Virus record (IMG/VR): IMGVR_UViG_3300010376_000128
Coordinates: 1-24,045 of that record
DNA: 24,045 nucleotides
From: a virus
Taxonomy: Duplodnaviria > Caudoviricetes
Reading direction: 5' to 3' (one strand)
Part shown: positions 8,065 through 16,323 of the stretch, one piece after another
How the letters are laid out: each line of letters starts with the position of its first letter
Numbering within the stretch: the first letter of the stretch is position 1
Program-made: the position numbers and the translations under genes
Notes under the pieces: generated by a model
Database searches by the model: none
Told to the model about the DNA's origin: nothing
Seen by the model: the letters and a program-made list of their open reading frames with translations, nothing else

Positions 8065-9664
8065 GCCTGTTCCTGGACAGCGAGCGAGCCTCAAACTCGA
8101 TCTCGGCCAGCGTCGAGTCGTCCGAAGCCTGGGTCTGGGTGATCCTGAGCCCGACCCCAAGCGCCCGCTTGCGGATCCAGATCGGTCGGCGCTGCTCCTT
8201 CTTGGTCGAGGGCAGCGTCCCCAGGAGGTCGTAACTCGTGTCCTCCGGGGTCAGGATGTGCTCGATGCGGAAGGTCGGGTTGAGCAGGCCCGAGTCCCAG
8301 TACTGGAGCAGGACGTTGTACGAGCCGGTCGTCGAGAGCACCGCCGAGTAGGTGGCGAAGGTGCTCGTCATCTTGGCGTACGTCGAGTTCGTGACCGTCT
8401 TCAGGTAGTGGGTGACCCAGACGTTGCGGAACTGTTTCAAGCCAGGCGACTGCAGCTTGTAAAAGGGGGTCTCCAAGACAGGAAGTACGACTGCCCCGTC
8501 GGCGTCGGCCTGGTCGGGCGGAGCCCAGCAGTAGGAGACCATGCCCGCTCGCGGCTTGGTGCGATGGGCGAAGAACAGCTCCTCGTGGCCGTCGGCCGAG
8601 GCCGTGCCTGCACCCGACTGGCGCTCCGCGAACATGACCGCGGGCAGGTTGCTGAACTCAAACCAGACCCGCTTCTCGATGTCGCAGATCTGGCAGGTGA
8701 CGAAGTTGCCGCTCTGGTCGTGGACGACGATCACGTAGTTGCCGGAGAAGATCCCCGCGGCAGCGCTCCAGCCGGTCGAAAGGTTGAAGGTGTCGACGAG
8801 CTGCTGCCAGCGCTGGCTCATGCCGCCCTGGTCGGTCAGGTCGGTCAGCGTCGAGCCATCGGTCATGAACACGCCCGAGTTGTTGGCGAAGATCACGAAG
8901 TCGCGGTACTGGGCGACCGAGCGCCCGTCCATGGTGCCGAGCGCATACAGGTCGTACTTCGTCCAGTCGCCGCCGGGGGGAGGCGTGGTGCCGGTCAGCA
9001 TCCAGGTCTGCCGGTAGCCGAAGACCAGGATCATGTTCCTGAGCGGCACGACCCGCAGCACCTCTTCGGGCATGTCGAAAAAGGCCTGGCCCGTGTTCCA
9101 GGTCTCCGGCGCTCCGACCGCCGAGACCCAGATCCGGTTGGCGTAGCGGGTGGACCCGATGAAGCCGTTGGCCAGCAGCACCCAGTCCCCGTAGGCCGCA
9201 CCCACGGTGGCGTTCGGCGGCGTACCACCGAGAGGGGCGAGCCCCGGATTCGTGTACTTGTACGGAGCCGACGGCGTGGTGCCGCCGGAGAGCAGGATCA
9301 TCCCCGGCAGGTCCATGTGCCAGAACGGCTTGTGCGAGACCGCCGGGAAACTGGTCGCTCCGACGTAGGCCCCGTCGACACCGGACATGTAGCGGTCGGT
9401 GAAGACCTTGCCGTTGTTGCCGATGAGCAGCAAGTGCGGGTCGCCCTGGAACGGAGCCCAGGCCAGCGCCGCGACGTTGGTCACGGCCGAGCTGGTGTTC
9501 AGGTCCTTGGTCGAGTAGTTCCAGCCGCCACGGCGGCGCACGGGCGAGCCGAGCTGGGGGATCCAGTCGACCATCCGGTAGGCCGCTCCGACCGGGAGCT
9601 GGTCTCGGGCGATGTCGGACTTGTGTCCCGCGTCGAAGTTGCGGCCCGCGAGGATGACATCCAC
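8057..9664 (-). CDS. Tail nozzle / DNA stabilization protein (P22 gp10 / T7 gp12 analogue, ~535 aa)
   Basis: GTG start in a TAGTG overlap with the adaptor stop; beta-propeller-like repeats (NRIWVSAVGAPETW, VIFANNSGVFMTDG); directly follows the adaptor. Confidence 0.78.
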   Translation of the reverse strand: MDVILAGRNFDAGHKSDIARDQLPVGAAYRMVDWIPQLGSPVRRRGGWNYSTKDLNTSSAVTNVAALAWAPFQGDPHLLLIGNNGKVFTDRYMSGVDGAYVGATSFPAVSHKPFWHMDLPGMILLSGGTTPSAPYKYTNPGLAPLGGTPPNATVGAAYGDWVLLANGFIGSTRYANRIWVSAVGAPETWNTGQAFFDMPEEVLRVVPLRNMILVFGYRQTWMLTGTTPPPGGDWTKYDLYALGTMDGRSVAQYRDFVIFANNSGVFMTDGSTLTDLTDQGGMSQRWQQLVDTFNLSTGWSAAAGIFSGNYVIVVHDQSGNFVTCQICDIEKRVWFEFSNLPAVMFAERQSGAGTASADGHEELFFAHRTKPRAGMVSYCWAPPDQADADGAVVLPVLETPFYKLQSPGLKQFRNVWVTHYLKTVTNSTYAKMTSTFATYSAVLSTTGSYNVLLQYWDSGLLNPTFRIEHILTPEDTSYDLLGTLPSTKKEQRRPIWIRKRALGVGLRITQTQASDDSTLAEIEFEARSLSRNRRG

Positions 9665-10365
9665 TAGCGCCTCTGCTGCTCCGGGTACACGTCGTTGCGC
9701 AGCGGCACCCGGCGGGAGGTCGGGTAGCCGATCGTGGCCGGGGCGAGCTGGCGTCCGCCCATGTGGTGCTTGCGCTTCGACATCAGGCTGCACTCGGAGA
9801 CGAACTGGTCGTGGTAGTCCTTGGGCCCGTACGGGATGACCTTCTCGACATCCTCAGCGAGCTGCCAGAGGGCGTAGTACTCGATCGCCCGGTGCGGCGT
9901 CGGGATGCCGCCGTAGGTCGGGTCGGCCGGGTCGTTGGAATCGTTGTTCATCGGCTGCGGCTGCAGCACCGCCCAGAAGCGCAGCGACTCGCCCGTGTCC
10001 GGCGTCGGGTTGACCGTGAGCAGGTTGCCCTCGGAGGACAGCGCACGCCGCCAGCCAGCGTTCTGTACGTTCGTGGACTGCCTAGCGATCATCTCGGCCG
10101 TGGAGATGATCTCCGGGGCTCCCTGACCCGCAGGCGTCGTCCCGCGCTGGTTCTCGATCGCCAGGATCGAGCTGTCGAGCCGGTAGTCGGAGACGCCCGG
10201 CGTCAGGCTCACGTCGACCTGCTGGATGTAGATATGGGTGCGCAGCAGGATCTCGACGATCGCCTCGTTCAGCATGGCCGCGATCAGGTTGTAGTCCTCA
10301 CTGCCGGTGGTCGAGTCGAGGCTCGTCTTGCGAGCCACACGGGTGATCAGATCGCCCCTGAGCAT
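9664..10365 (-). CDS. Head-tail adaptor (gatekeeper-like, 233 aa)
   Basis: N-terminal helices (LITRVARK..MLNEAIVEI), LTPGVSDYRL and LTVNPTPD motifs typical of podoviral adaptors; position before the nozzle. Confidence 0.78.
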   Translation of the reverse strand: MLRGDLITRVARKTSLDSTTGSEDYNLIAAMLNEAIVEILLRTHIYIQQVDVSLTPGVSDYRLDSSILAIENQRGTTPAGQGAPEIISTAEMIARQSTNVQNAGWRRALSSEGNLLTVNPTPDTGESLRFWAVLQPQPMNNDSNDPADPTYGGIPTPHRAIEYYALWQLAEDVEKVIPYGPKDYHDQFVSECSLMSKRKHHMGGRQLAPATIGYPTSRRVPLRNDVYPEQQRR

Positions 10366-11148
10366 CTAGTAGAACTCCGTCACGACGATGATGCCCCAGC
10401 CGCCCGCGCCGCCCGCGTGTGAGCCTGAGGCCGAAGTGCGGATCCCGCCAGCCCCACCGCTCCCCCGGTACCCCGTACCGCCTCCCGTAGCCAGGGAGGG
10501 GCTCCCAGCTCTGGACTGGCCGTACATGGCTCCGGCACCCCCGTATCCCGCCACACCGATGCTCGGGGCGGAGATGAGGGCGGCACCGCCGTCACCACCG
10601 TCGAGCCGCACGTCACCCGTGCCGCTGATGCCCACTCCGCCAACCCCTCCGGCACAAGTTGCAGCAGTGGTGCTGCTCGCCATTCCCTGCCCCGGAGATC
10701 CAGCCTTGGCCACCACCAGCGAGGCACCGAAGATCGTGTCGTTGGCCGCGGTTGGAGTCGCGCCTGGGTTGTTGCCCGCGGCACCTCCCGCGCAGCCCTG
10801 CCCGACCTGATAGGAGTAGCTGGCCACCGGGTTGGCGATCAGCGCGGAGCTGTAGCCTCCACCGCCCCCGCCGCCGCCTCCGGCCACCTGTCCTGAGGTG
10901 CCGACGCTGCAGCCGCCCCCGCCGCCTCCACCGCCCATGCACTCGACGAGGATGGCGCGGCAGCCCGCAGGCGTCGTGTAGGTGCCGCTGCCCGAGAAGA
11001 ACGCCTGGCGCGTGGGAGCCTTGGAGAAGACACCCGAGCCCGCAAGGTTGTCGATCCTGGTCGCCAGGGCCAGGATGTCCGAGGGCACGTTGGCCGGGTC
11101 AGCCGCCAACGGATACGGCAGGGCCAGGTTCGGGGTGCTACTCGGCAT
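10366..11148 (-). CDS. Glycine-rich fibre protein A (260 aa)
   Basis: AGGAGG RBS; N-terminal TPNLALPYP..D..LATRID anchor; SGTYTTP..VECMGGGGGG...GIIVVTEFY Gly-rich domain typical of phage fibres. Confidence 0.82.
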   Translation of the reverse strand: MPSSTPNLALPYPLAADPANVPSDILALATRIDNLAGSGVFSKAPTRQAFFSGSGTYTTPAGCRAILVECMGGGGGGGGCSVGTSGQVAGGGGGGGGGYSSALIANPVASYSYQVGQGCAGGAAGNNPGATPTAANDTIFGASLVVAKAGSPGQGMASSTTAATCAGGVGGVGISGTGDVRLDGGDGGAALISAPSIGVAGYGGAGAMYGQSRAGSPSLATGGGTGYRGSGGAGGIRTSASGSHAGGAGGWGIIVVTEFY

Positions 11149-11158
11149 TCAGCCTCCT

Positions 11159-11950
11159 CTAGTAGTACTCGCTCACGACGATCAGACCACCTGAGCCCGC
11201 GCCGCCAGCCTGCGACCCCGTGGAGGCTGTGCGGATGCCACCACTACCACCGCTGCCATAGCCGGTGCCAGCCTGGCCGTTTGCTGCACCGGCCGAGGCG
11301 GTCCCATTCCTTCTCGACCCGAAGATGGGAGCACCACCGCCGGGACCGCTGATACCCGCAAGCGCTGCGACACAGATGGCACCACCACCGCCGTCACCGT
11401 CGATTGTGAGGTTGCCAGTTCCGCTTGCGCCCACTCCGGGACTGCCGCCCTGCGTGACCTGGGTCACGGCACCACTGGTGTTGCCACTCCCGCCACCGCC
11501 CCCCTTGGCGACGACGACCGTCGCGCCGAAGGTGCTGTCGGCCCCGGCGCTGCCAGCATTGTTGCCCGCGACACCGCCTGCGCCCCCGCCCCCGACCACA
11601 TAGGCGTAGGTCGCAGCCGGATTTGCGATCAACGAGGCCGAGTAGCTGGCACCACCCCCACCACCTCCGGCCGCGACCTGGCCGGAGCTGGTGACGATGC
11701 AGCCACCCCCGCCGCCTCCACCGCCCACCATTTCGACGTAGATCGCCCTGGCGCTCACAGGCGTCGTGTAGGTGCCCGACCCGCTGGTAAAGATCTGCTT
11801 GGTGTACGGCTTGATCGGGATCCAGTTCGTGCCGTTGTAGACGAAGACCAGGCTGGAGCCCGTGTCGAAGTACATCTCGCCCGCCACGGGGCTGGACGGG
11901 AAGGTGCTGGCGAGCCGGGGCAGCCGGAACTTGCCCGGAAACTCAGGCAT
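11159..11950 (-). CDS. Glycine-rich fibre protein B (263 aa), paralogue of A
   Basis: TGATG coupling; N-terminal PSSPVAGEMYFDTGSSLVFVYNGTNW module followed by the same Gly-rich domain ending GLIVVSEYY. Confidence 0.82.
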   Translation of the reverse strand: MPEFPGKFRLPRLASTFPSSPVAGEMYFDTGSSLVFVYNGTNWIPIKPYTKQIFTSGSGTYTTPVSARAIYVEMVGGGGGGGGCIVTSSGQVAAGGGGGGASYSASLIANPAATYAYVVGGGGAGGVAGNNAGSAGADSTFGATVVVAKGGGGGSGNTSGAVTQVTQGGSPGVGASGTGNLTIDGDGGGGAICVAALAGISGPGGGAPIFGSRRNGTASAGAANGQAGTGYGSGGSGGIRTASTGSQAGGAGSGGLIVVSEYY

Positions 11951-13089
11951 CAGCCCACCAGGGTGATCAGCTTGCTGTTCGCAGCCGGGGCGACCGCATA
12001 GGTCACGGTCACGTCACCGTTGGAGGCCACCGACACATCCGGGAACTCGACGTTGCCGGTCGTGTTGTCCTGCACCTGGACGTGGATGCCACGGCTCGAC
12101 CTGAGGCCGTGGGTGGCCTGGGTGATCGTGATCGTGGTGCTCGACGAGTGAGTCGCAGCGTTGTTGTAGTACTGGGCCGCGTTGGCCCCGAGGTTGGCAG
12201 ATGAGAACTTGGTGAAGGTGATCGAGGTCGTGCCCAGCGTGCCGCCCGTGTCCGCCGTGCAGACCCAGCCGGTGTCGGCGTTGACCGTGCCGTTCTCGAT
12301 CCAGGTGTAAGCGTTGGGCACCTCTGTCCAGGCGTCCATGTCGAGGGCCCTCGTCCAGGTCCCGTTCGCGCCCGTGCCCAGAGTCGTGACCACGTAGATG
12401 CCGTTCTGGTTGGGCGTCGTCTGGTCCTTGACCAGCACGCGGTCGTTCGCTGCCAGGGTCACCCCGTCCAGGGTGTTCGGCGCTCCGCCCGCGAGCGTGG
12501 TGATGTTTGCCCCGGCCGTGGCCGCGTGGCAGGAGGCCTTGGCGTCGAGGCCCTGCACGACCCCGTCGACGTAGTTCTTGGTCGCCGCGTCCTGCGGGTT
12601 CGTCGGGTCGACGAGGTTGATCGCCTTGTGCGTGTTGAAGCTCACGTCGGCCGACGGTGCAGTGATGCCGTTCAGCGCCGTGTTGCCCGGCATCGCCTGC
12701 TGCGCACCGAGCCCGAGCGTGCGGCGCGAGCCCGTGCCCACGGCAGCGTCCGTGGCGAGGTTCAGCTTCGACTCCGCGATAGCCGCAGCGGCACCGACCT
12801 TGGCATCGACGATCGCCCCGTTGGCGATGACCGGCGCAGCGGCCGTGCCGCCTCCACCGAGGTCTCCGGCGAGCTGGATGATGCCCTTGCTGGAGGCGGT
12901 CGCGTCCGAAGCCGCACCACCGGCCGCGCTCACCCAGGACGAGCCGTTGTACCAGTAGAGGGTGTTCGTCCCGGTGTCGTAGTAGAGCTGCCCCGTGACC
13001 GGCGTCGACGGAGCCGCACCGAGGTTCTGGACCCGCATGTTGCGGGCCTCCAGCTTGGCGAAGTCTAGGTTGTTACCGAGGACTGGCAT
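11950..13089 (-). CDS. Fibre / structural protein (379 aa)
   Basis: Fibre modules: PSTPVTGQLYYDT..WYNGSSW; DATASSKGIIQL; DPTNPQDAATKNYVD; LDGVTLAANDRVLVKDQT..NGIYVV..WTRA; C-terminal THGL..VQVQD beta domain. Confidence 0.82.
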   Translation of the reverse strand: MPVLGNNLDFAKLEARNMRVQNLGAAPSTPVTGQLYYDTGTNTLYWYNGSSWVSAAGGAASDATASSKGIIQLAGDLGGGGTAAAPVIANGAIVDAKVGAAAAIAESKLNLATDAAVGTGSRRTLGLGAQQAMPGNTALNGITAPSADVSFNTHKAINLVDPTNPQDAATKNYVDGVVQGLDAKASCHAATAGANITTLAGGAPNTLDGVTLAANDRVLVKDQTTPNQNGIYVVTTLGTGANGTWTRALDMDAWTEVPNAYTWIENGTVNADTGWVCTADTGGTLGTTSITFTKFSSANLGANAAQYYNNAATHSSSTTITITQATHGLRSSRGIHVQVQDNTTGNVEFPDVSVASNGDVTVTYAVAPAANSKLITLVG

Positions 13090-13409
13090 CAGTTCATGTA
13101 CGCCTTTCCCGAGGTCGCTGAGGCGAAGGAGAGGGTGACGTGGTCAGTGTCGACGTAGAGCACGTCGGGCACGATCTCGTTGCCGCCCGAGTCGACCACG
13201 TTGACGGCAGGGAACTTGCCGAGCCCATGGAAGATGGCCCAGCTCGCGGAGGGCACGGCCTGCGTGAAGACGTAGTTCAGGTCCCCACCACCGCCGCTGC
13301 CGCCCGCGATCAGGGCGCTCTCGACGGCGTTGAAGAACTGGCTGTCGGCCGGAGTCGACTCGTCGGGGTAGTCGACGAAGCCGCCTGGATAGCGCCGGGC
13401 GTAGCTCAT
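13089..13409 (-). CDS. Small virion structural protein (106 aa)
   Basis: ATGA/TGATG coupling; YVFTQ..SWAIFHGLGKFPAVNVVD..G..V.Y.D...VTLSF..SGKAY resembles the C-terminal domain of the neighbouring fibre gene. Confidence 0.78.
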   Translation of the reverse strand: MSYARRYPGGFVDYPDESTPADSQFFNAVESALIAGGSGGGGDLNYVFTQAVPSASWAIFHGLGKFPAVNVVDSGGNEIVPDVLYVDTDHVTLSFASATSGKAYMN

Positions 13410-13699
13410 GCCGGGGTCAGGCTCCCGCTAACGACGCCGCTGGAGCGGAGCGGCAGGCTCGCCGCCGCCGCGGCGTCCAGATCCGCCGTCTCGGGCGTGT
13501 CCGGGCTCAGGGAGCCGGAGACCACCGAGAGCGCTCCGATGCCCACAGGAGCGCTCACGTCGGCTCCTGCGGCCCTTGGGACGAAGCCCTCGGGTGCCAG
13601 CGTGATTCCGGGCACCATCCCCGGCCAGGAGTAGACACCCGGAACAGCGCCTGGCCAGAACCCGTAGCCGGGACCGACGACCTCAGCGGCCGAGAGCAC
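13406..13699 (-). CDS. Hypothetical protein (~97 aa), start uncertain
   Basis: 3' part of track ORF 13406..14176; an in-frame GTG at 13699 overlaps the end of the upstream gene; the stop overlaps the next ATG (ATGA); WPG/VPG repeats. Confidence 0.55.
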   Translation of the reverse strand: MLSAAEVVGPGYGFWPGAVPGVYSWPGMVPGITLAPEGFVPRAAGADVSAPVGIGALSVVSGSLSPDTPETADLDAAAAASLPLRSSGVVSGSLTPA

Positions 13700-13913
13700 G
13701 CTTCGCCGCCCGCTTCTTCTGGCCCATGCCGGGGTACTTGCGGGCCACGGCTGCCCGCACCTGGGCCTTCTGGGCGGACGAGCCGAACTGGGAGACGCGG
13801 GCCAGCGCGTTCGCAGCGTGGCTCCGGTCGTGGATCGGGTACGAGCGCGTGCTCGGAATGGCGAAGCTGGAAGTCGCCAGCGCCTTGCGCTGCTTTGCTC
13901 TAAGACGGGCCAA
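13683..13913 (-). CDS. Small basic protein, DUF6582-like (76 aa)
   Basis: TTG start with GGAGG RBS; SSFAIPSTRSYPIHDRSHAANALARVSQ matches the FA.P..R.YP..D..HA.NALAR..Q pattern I recall for DUF6582. Confidence 0.75.
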   Translation of the reverse strand: MARLRAKQRKALATSSFAIPSTRSYPIHDRSHAANALARVSQFGSSAQKAQVRAAVARKYPGMGQKKRAAKRALGR

Positions 13914-14415
13914 AGGATCCCTCCGAGTGTCCCTCGATCGGGCTCGGGCCGAGCTGCCGCTCGCCCTCGTACTCGATCTTGATGTCCCTCAGTTGGCGCT
14001 CCCGGATCGGGTAGTCGCAGGCCATCTCCTCGGGCGACTGGCAGGTCACCGGGAAGGCCTCGTCCTGAGGCTCCATGCAGCGCAGGCAGATCCAGCCAGC
14101 CTTCATGGCGGCAAGCGTCTCGGGCGCGAGGGTGATCCGCACGCCGCGCTGCGTACGCCCCCGCCCCGGCGTCCACAGCTCCGAGCTTTCGTCCTCGACC
14201 AGGAAGCGGGGCAGCGGGACGCGGGTGCCCTCGACCGTCTTCGGCTGCTTCAGCAGGCGCAGGTCGAAGGGCTCGTCCCGCCGTGACGGCAGCTCCTCGT
14301 CGATCCTGTCCGCCGGGACGCCCTCGGTGTAGCCCGCGGCGATGCCGGGCGCGAGCTGGTCCGGCTTGACCGGATCAGGTCTCGACGACGATCTCTTCCG
14401 GCGTCTCTTCGACAT
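13900..14415 (-). CDS. Hypothetical protein with putative zinc ribbon (171 aa)
   Basis: GGAGG upstream of ATG 14415; WICLRCME...TCQSPEEMACDY gives four Cys. Confidence 0.7.
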   Translation of the reverse strand: MSKRRRKRSSSRPDPVKPDQLAPGIAAGYTEGVPADRIDEELPSRRDEPFDLRLLKQPKTVEGTRVPLPRFLVEDESSELWTPGRGRTQRGVRITLAPETLAAMKAGWICLRCMEPQDEAFPVTCQSPEEMACDYPIRERQLRDIKIEYEGERQLGPSPIEGHSEGSFGPS

Positions 14416-14935
14416 CGGTGCCCTCCAGGGCCTGCATGGCCTTGATGATCTCGGGCCGCTTCGCGTTCTCCTCCTCGTAGCGGCGGACGATGGTCGGGTC
14501 GGTGCCGATCTGCTGCTGCACCGCCAGCACGCCCTCGATCCCGTCCTCGTCGTACTTCGGCCACGGCTTGGGCGCGGTCGGAGTCTCGACGACGATGAAC
14601 TGGCTCGGGTGCATCTTGGCCAGCTCGCGCATGCGCTGCTCGATCTGGGCCTGGATCTCGTCCCGCTCGTTCTCGGGGTAGCGCAGGCAGTAGACCTCGG
14701 TGTCGAAGACGCCGATCTTGGTCAGTGGGTTCACGCCCTCCGCAAGGCCCGAGAAGCTGAAGCTCGACAGAGCCAGGTCGGCCTCGTAGTCGAGCAGCCC
14801 GGTGACCTCAAAGTTGGCCATGACCTGGAGCCCGATCGGGCGGCTGTGGGCGTAGCCACGGGCGTCGGTGACGATCTGCTCCTGGGCGTCGAAGACGTTG
14901 ATCGAGTAGCGAGCGTGTGGGCTGAGACAGCGCAT
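14375..14935 (-). CDS. Hypothetical protein following major capsid (186 aa)
   Basis: ATG at 14935 with AGGAGG RBS (the track start at 15109 overlaps the capsid gene); acidic, globular composition. Confidence 0.8.
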   Translation of the reverse strand: MRCLSPHARYSINVFDAQEQIVTDARGYAHSRPIGLQVMANFEVTGLLDYEADLALSSFSFSGLAEGVNPLTKIGVFDTEVYCLRYPENERDEIQAQIEQRMRELAKMHPSQFIVVETPTAPKPWPKYDEDGIEGVLAVQQQIGTDPTIVRRYEEENAKRPEIIKAMQALEGTDVEETPEEIVVET

Positions 14936-14960
14936 TGAGACCCTCCTGGGGTCGAAGGTG

Positions 14961-15028
14961 GCACCGAGGGGCCGAGGCCATGCGTGGGGTCTGTGGAACC
15001 TGCGGCTGGGAGTCGGCCCCCCGGCTGC
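14961..15028 (-). promoter_or_regulatory. Long stem-loop downstream of the major capsid stop (possible attenuator / mRNA-stabilising element)
   Basis: On the minus strand CCGGGGGGCCGA pairs with TCGGCCCCTCGG (12 bp, one G-U), extendable by GCA/TGC; ~37-nt loop; no U-tract. Confidence 0.5.
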
Positions 15029-15054
15029 GACGGGCGAGGAGTGGGATGCTCCGA

Positions 15055-16215
15055 CTAGCCCGTCACTCCCGTGATGATGCCATGGGACTGCTCGATCTGC
15101 ACCATGCACGACAGCTCGGACAGGTACTCCTCGTCGTAGGAGTCGCTGTCGTTCGACTGGCGGTCACGGAGCAGAGACGTGTCGCGCAGCTTGCGCAGCT
15201 CGACGTTGTCCATGTCGACCAGGAACGCCCAGCCACCGTACTGGCTGTTCGCGGTGCTGAAGTCGTTCCAGTCCCGCTTGATGATGACCGGCACCCGGAA
15301 CCCGTAGGCACCGGAGATGAACCCGTCGACCTTGGCCCCCCAGAGGCGGGCGTCGGTCACCGTGGGCTGCCAGGCGTCCCGCAGGAAGCCCGAGATCGCC
15401 ATGCCCACGACGGGGCTGGCGAACAGCACCACGTTCTGCGTGCCGTGCTGCAGCAGGTCCTTCATGTACAGGTCGAGGTTGGCCTTGGTGAGCGTGCCAC
15501 CGGCAGCCTTGACGTTGGTCGTCACGAACTCGAAAAGCCCGCCCATGGCACCCACCGGGTGCGTGCCCGTGGTGTCCAGGTTGCGGGCTCCCCAGAAGAG
15601 GCCGTACTCGATCCCGCGCTTGTGCTCGGTGGCCTTCTTCTTCCGCTCCTTGTCGGGCTCGGGCCCGCCGTAGAGCTTCGACGCCATCAGCGTGCGCGTG
15701 AAGCCGTACGGGTTGCGGAAGATCTGGGTGTAGTTGAACTGGTTGACCCGGCGCAGCACCTTGCGGGTGCCGAGCGTGTCTCCCTGCATCGCGGCGTTGC
15801 CGAGAATCAGGAGCTGGTCAGCCGCCGAGTTGGCCGCGAAGGCCACCCGGCCGAGGTGGTTCCCGATCGTGAGCACGTCGCCCGCGACGGAGATGACCCG
15901 GAACGCCACGCCGGTCTTGGCGTTGCGCACGATGTCACCTGCGCGGAAGTACGCACCCTCTCCGGTGTTGACCGTGATGGCCGCAGCCTCGGTCGCACCA
16001 CCGGAGAGAACGGAGGACAGGCGGGGGAAGAGCTGGTCTTCCAGCCACTCGACCTTGGAGCTGTAGCAGCTCGACGACGAGACCTTCATCAGCATCGTCG
16101 TGAACTGCGTCACGTCCGGGTCGAGCATCGGGATGACATCGCTCATGTCGATGACACGCTCGTTGCTCAGGATCGTGTTGTCGTCCACCTGCCCCGTCAG
16201 GGTCGTGAGAGCCAT
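15055..16215 (-). CDS. Major capsid protein, HK97 fold, SU10-MCP/DUF5309-like (386 aa)
   Basis: AAGGAG RBS; KVEWLEDQL, NYTQIFRNPYGFTRT, KATEHKRGIEYGLFWG and MGGLFEFV motifs; follows the scaffolding gene. Confidence 0.9.
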   Translation of the reverse strand: MALTTLTGQVDDNTILSNERVIDMSDVIPMLDPDVTQFTTMLMKVSSSSCYSSKVEWLEDQLFPRLSSVLSGGATEAAAITVNTGEGAYFRAGDIVRNAKTGVAFRVISVAGDVLTIGNHLGRVAFAANSAADQLLILGNAAMQGDTLGTRKVLRRVNQFNYTQIFRNPYGFTRTLMASKLYGGPEPDKERKKKATEHKRGIEYGLFWGARNLDTTGTHPVGAMGGLFEFVTTNVKAAGGTLTKANLDLYMKDLLQHGTQNVVLFASPVVGMAISGFLRDAWQPTVTDARLWGAKVDGFISGAYGFRVPVIIKRDWNDFSTANSQYGGWAFLVDMDNVELRKLRDTSLLRDRQSNDSDSYDEEYLSELSCMVQIEQSHGIITGVTG

Positions 16216-16323
16216 TGCTCTAACTCCTTACGAGGTGTGAGGTTGGCAGAGCCTCTGGCCGTCGTTGACGGCACTCCCTGTCGAGAGCTGCCCGGCGAAC
16301 CGGACCCCGCAGGAGCCACCCGA
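16216..16323 (-). promoter_or_regulatory. Structured 5' leader of the major capsid gene
   Basis: Three closely spaced hairpins on the minus strand: GUCCGG-UUCG-CCGGGC (16290-16305), CUCUC-GACA-GGGAG (16274-16287), GCCGUC-AAC-GACGGC (16258-16272). Confidence 0.45.

Noticed and set aside
10366-11950. Diversity-generating retroelement or invertible fibre cassette
   Set aside because: No reverse transcriptase, no near-identical TR/VR pair with adenine-specific differences and no inverted repeats seen; the similarity is protein-level paralogy.
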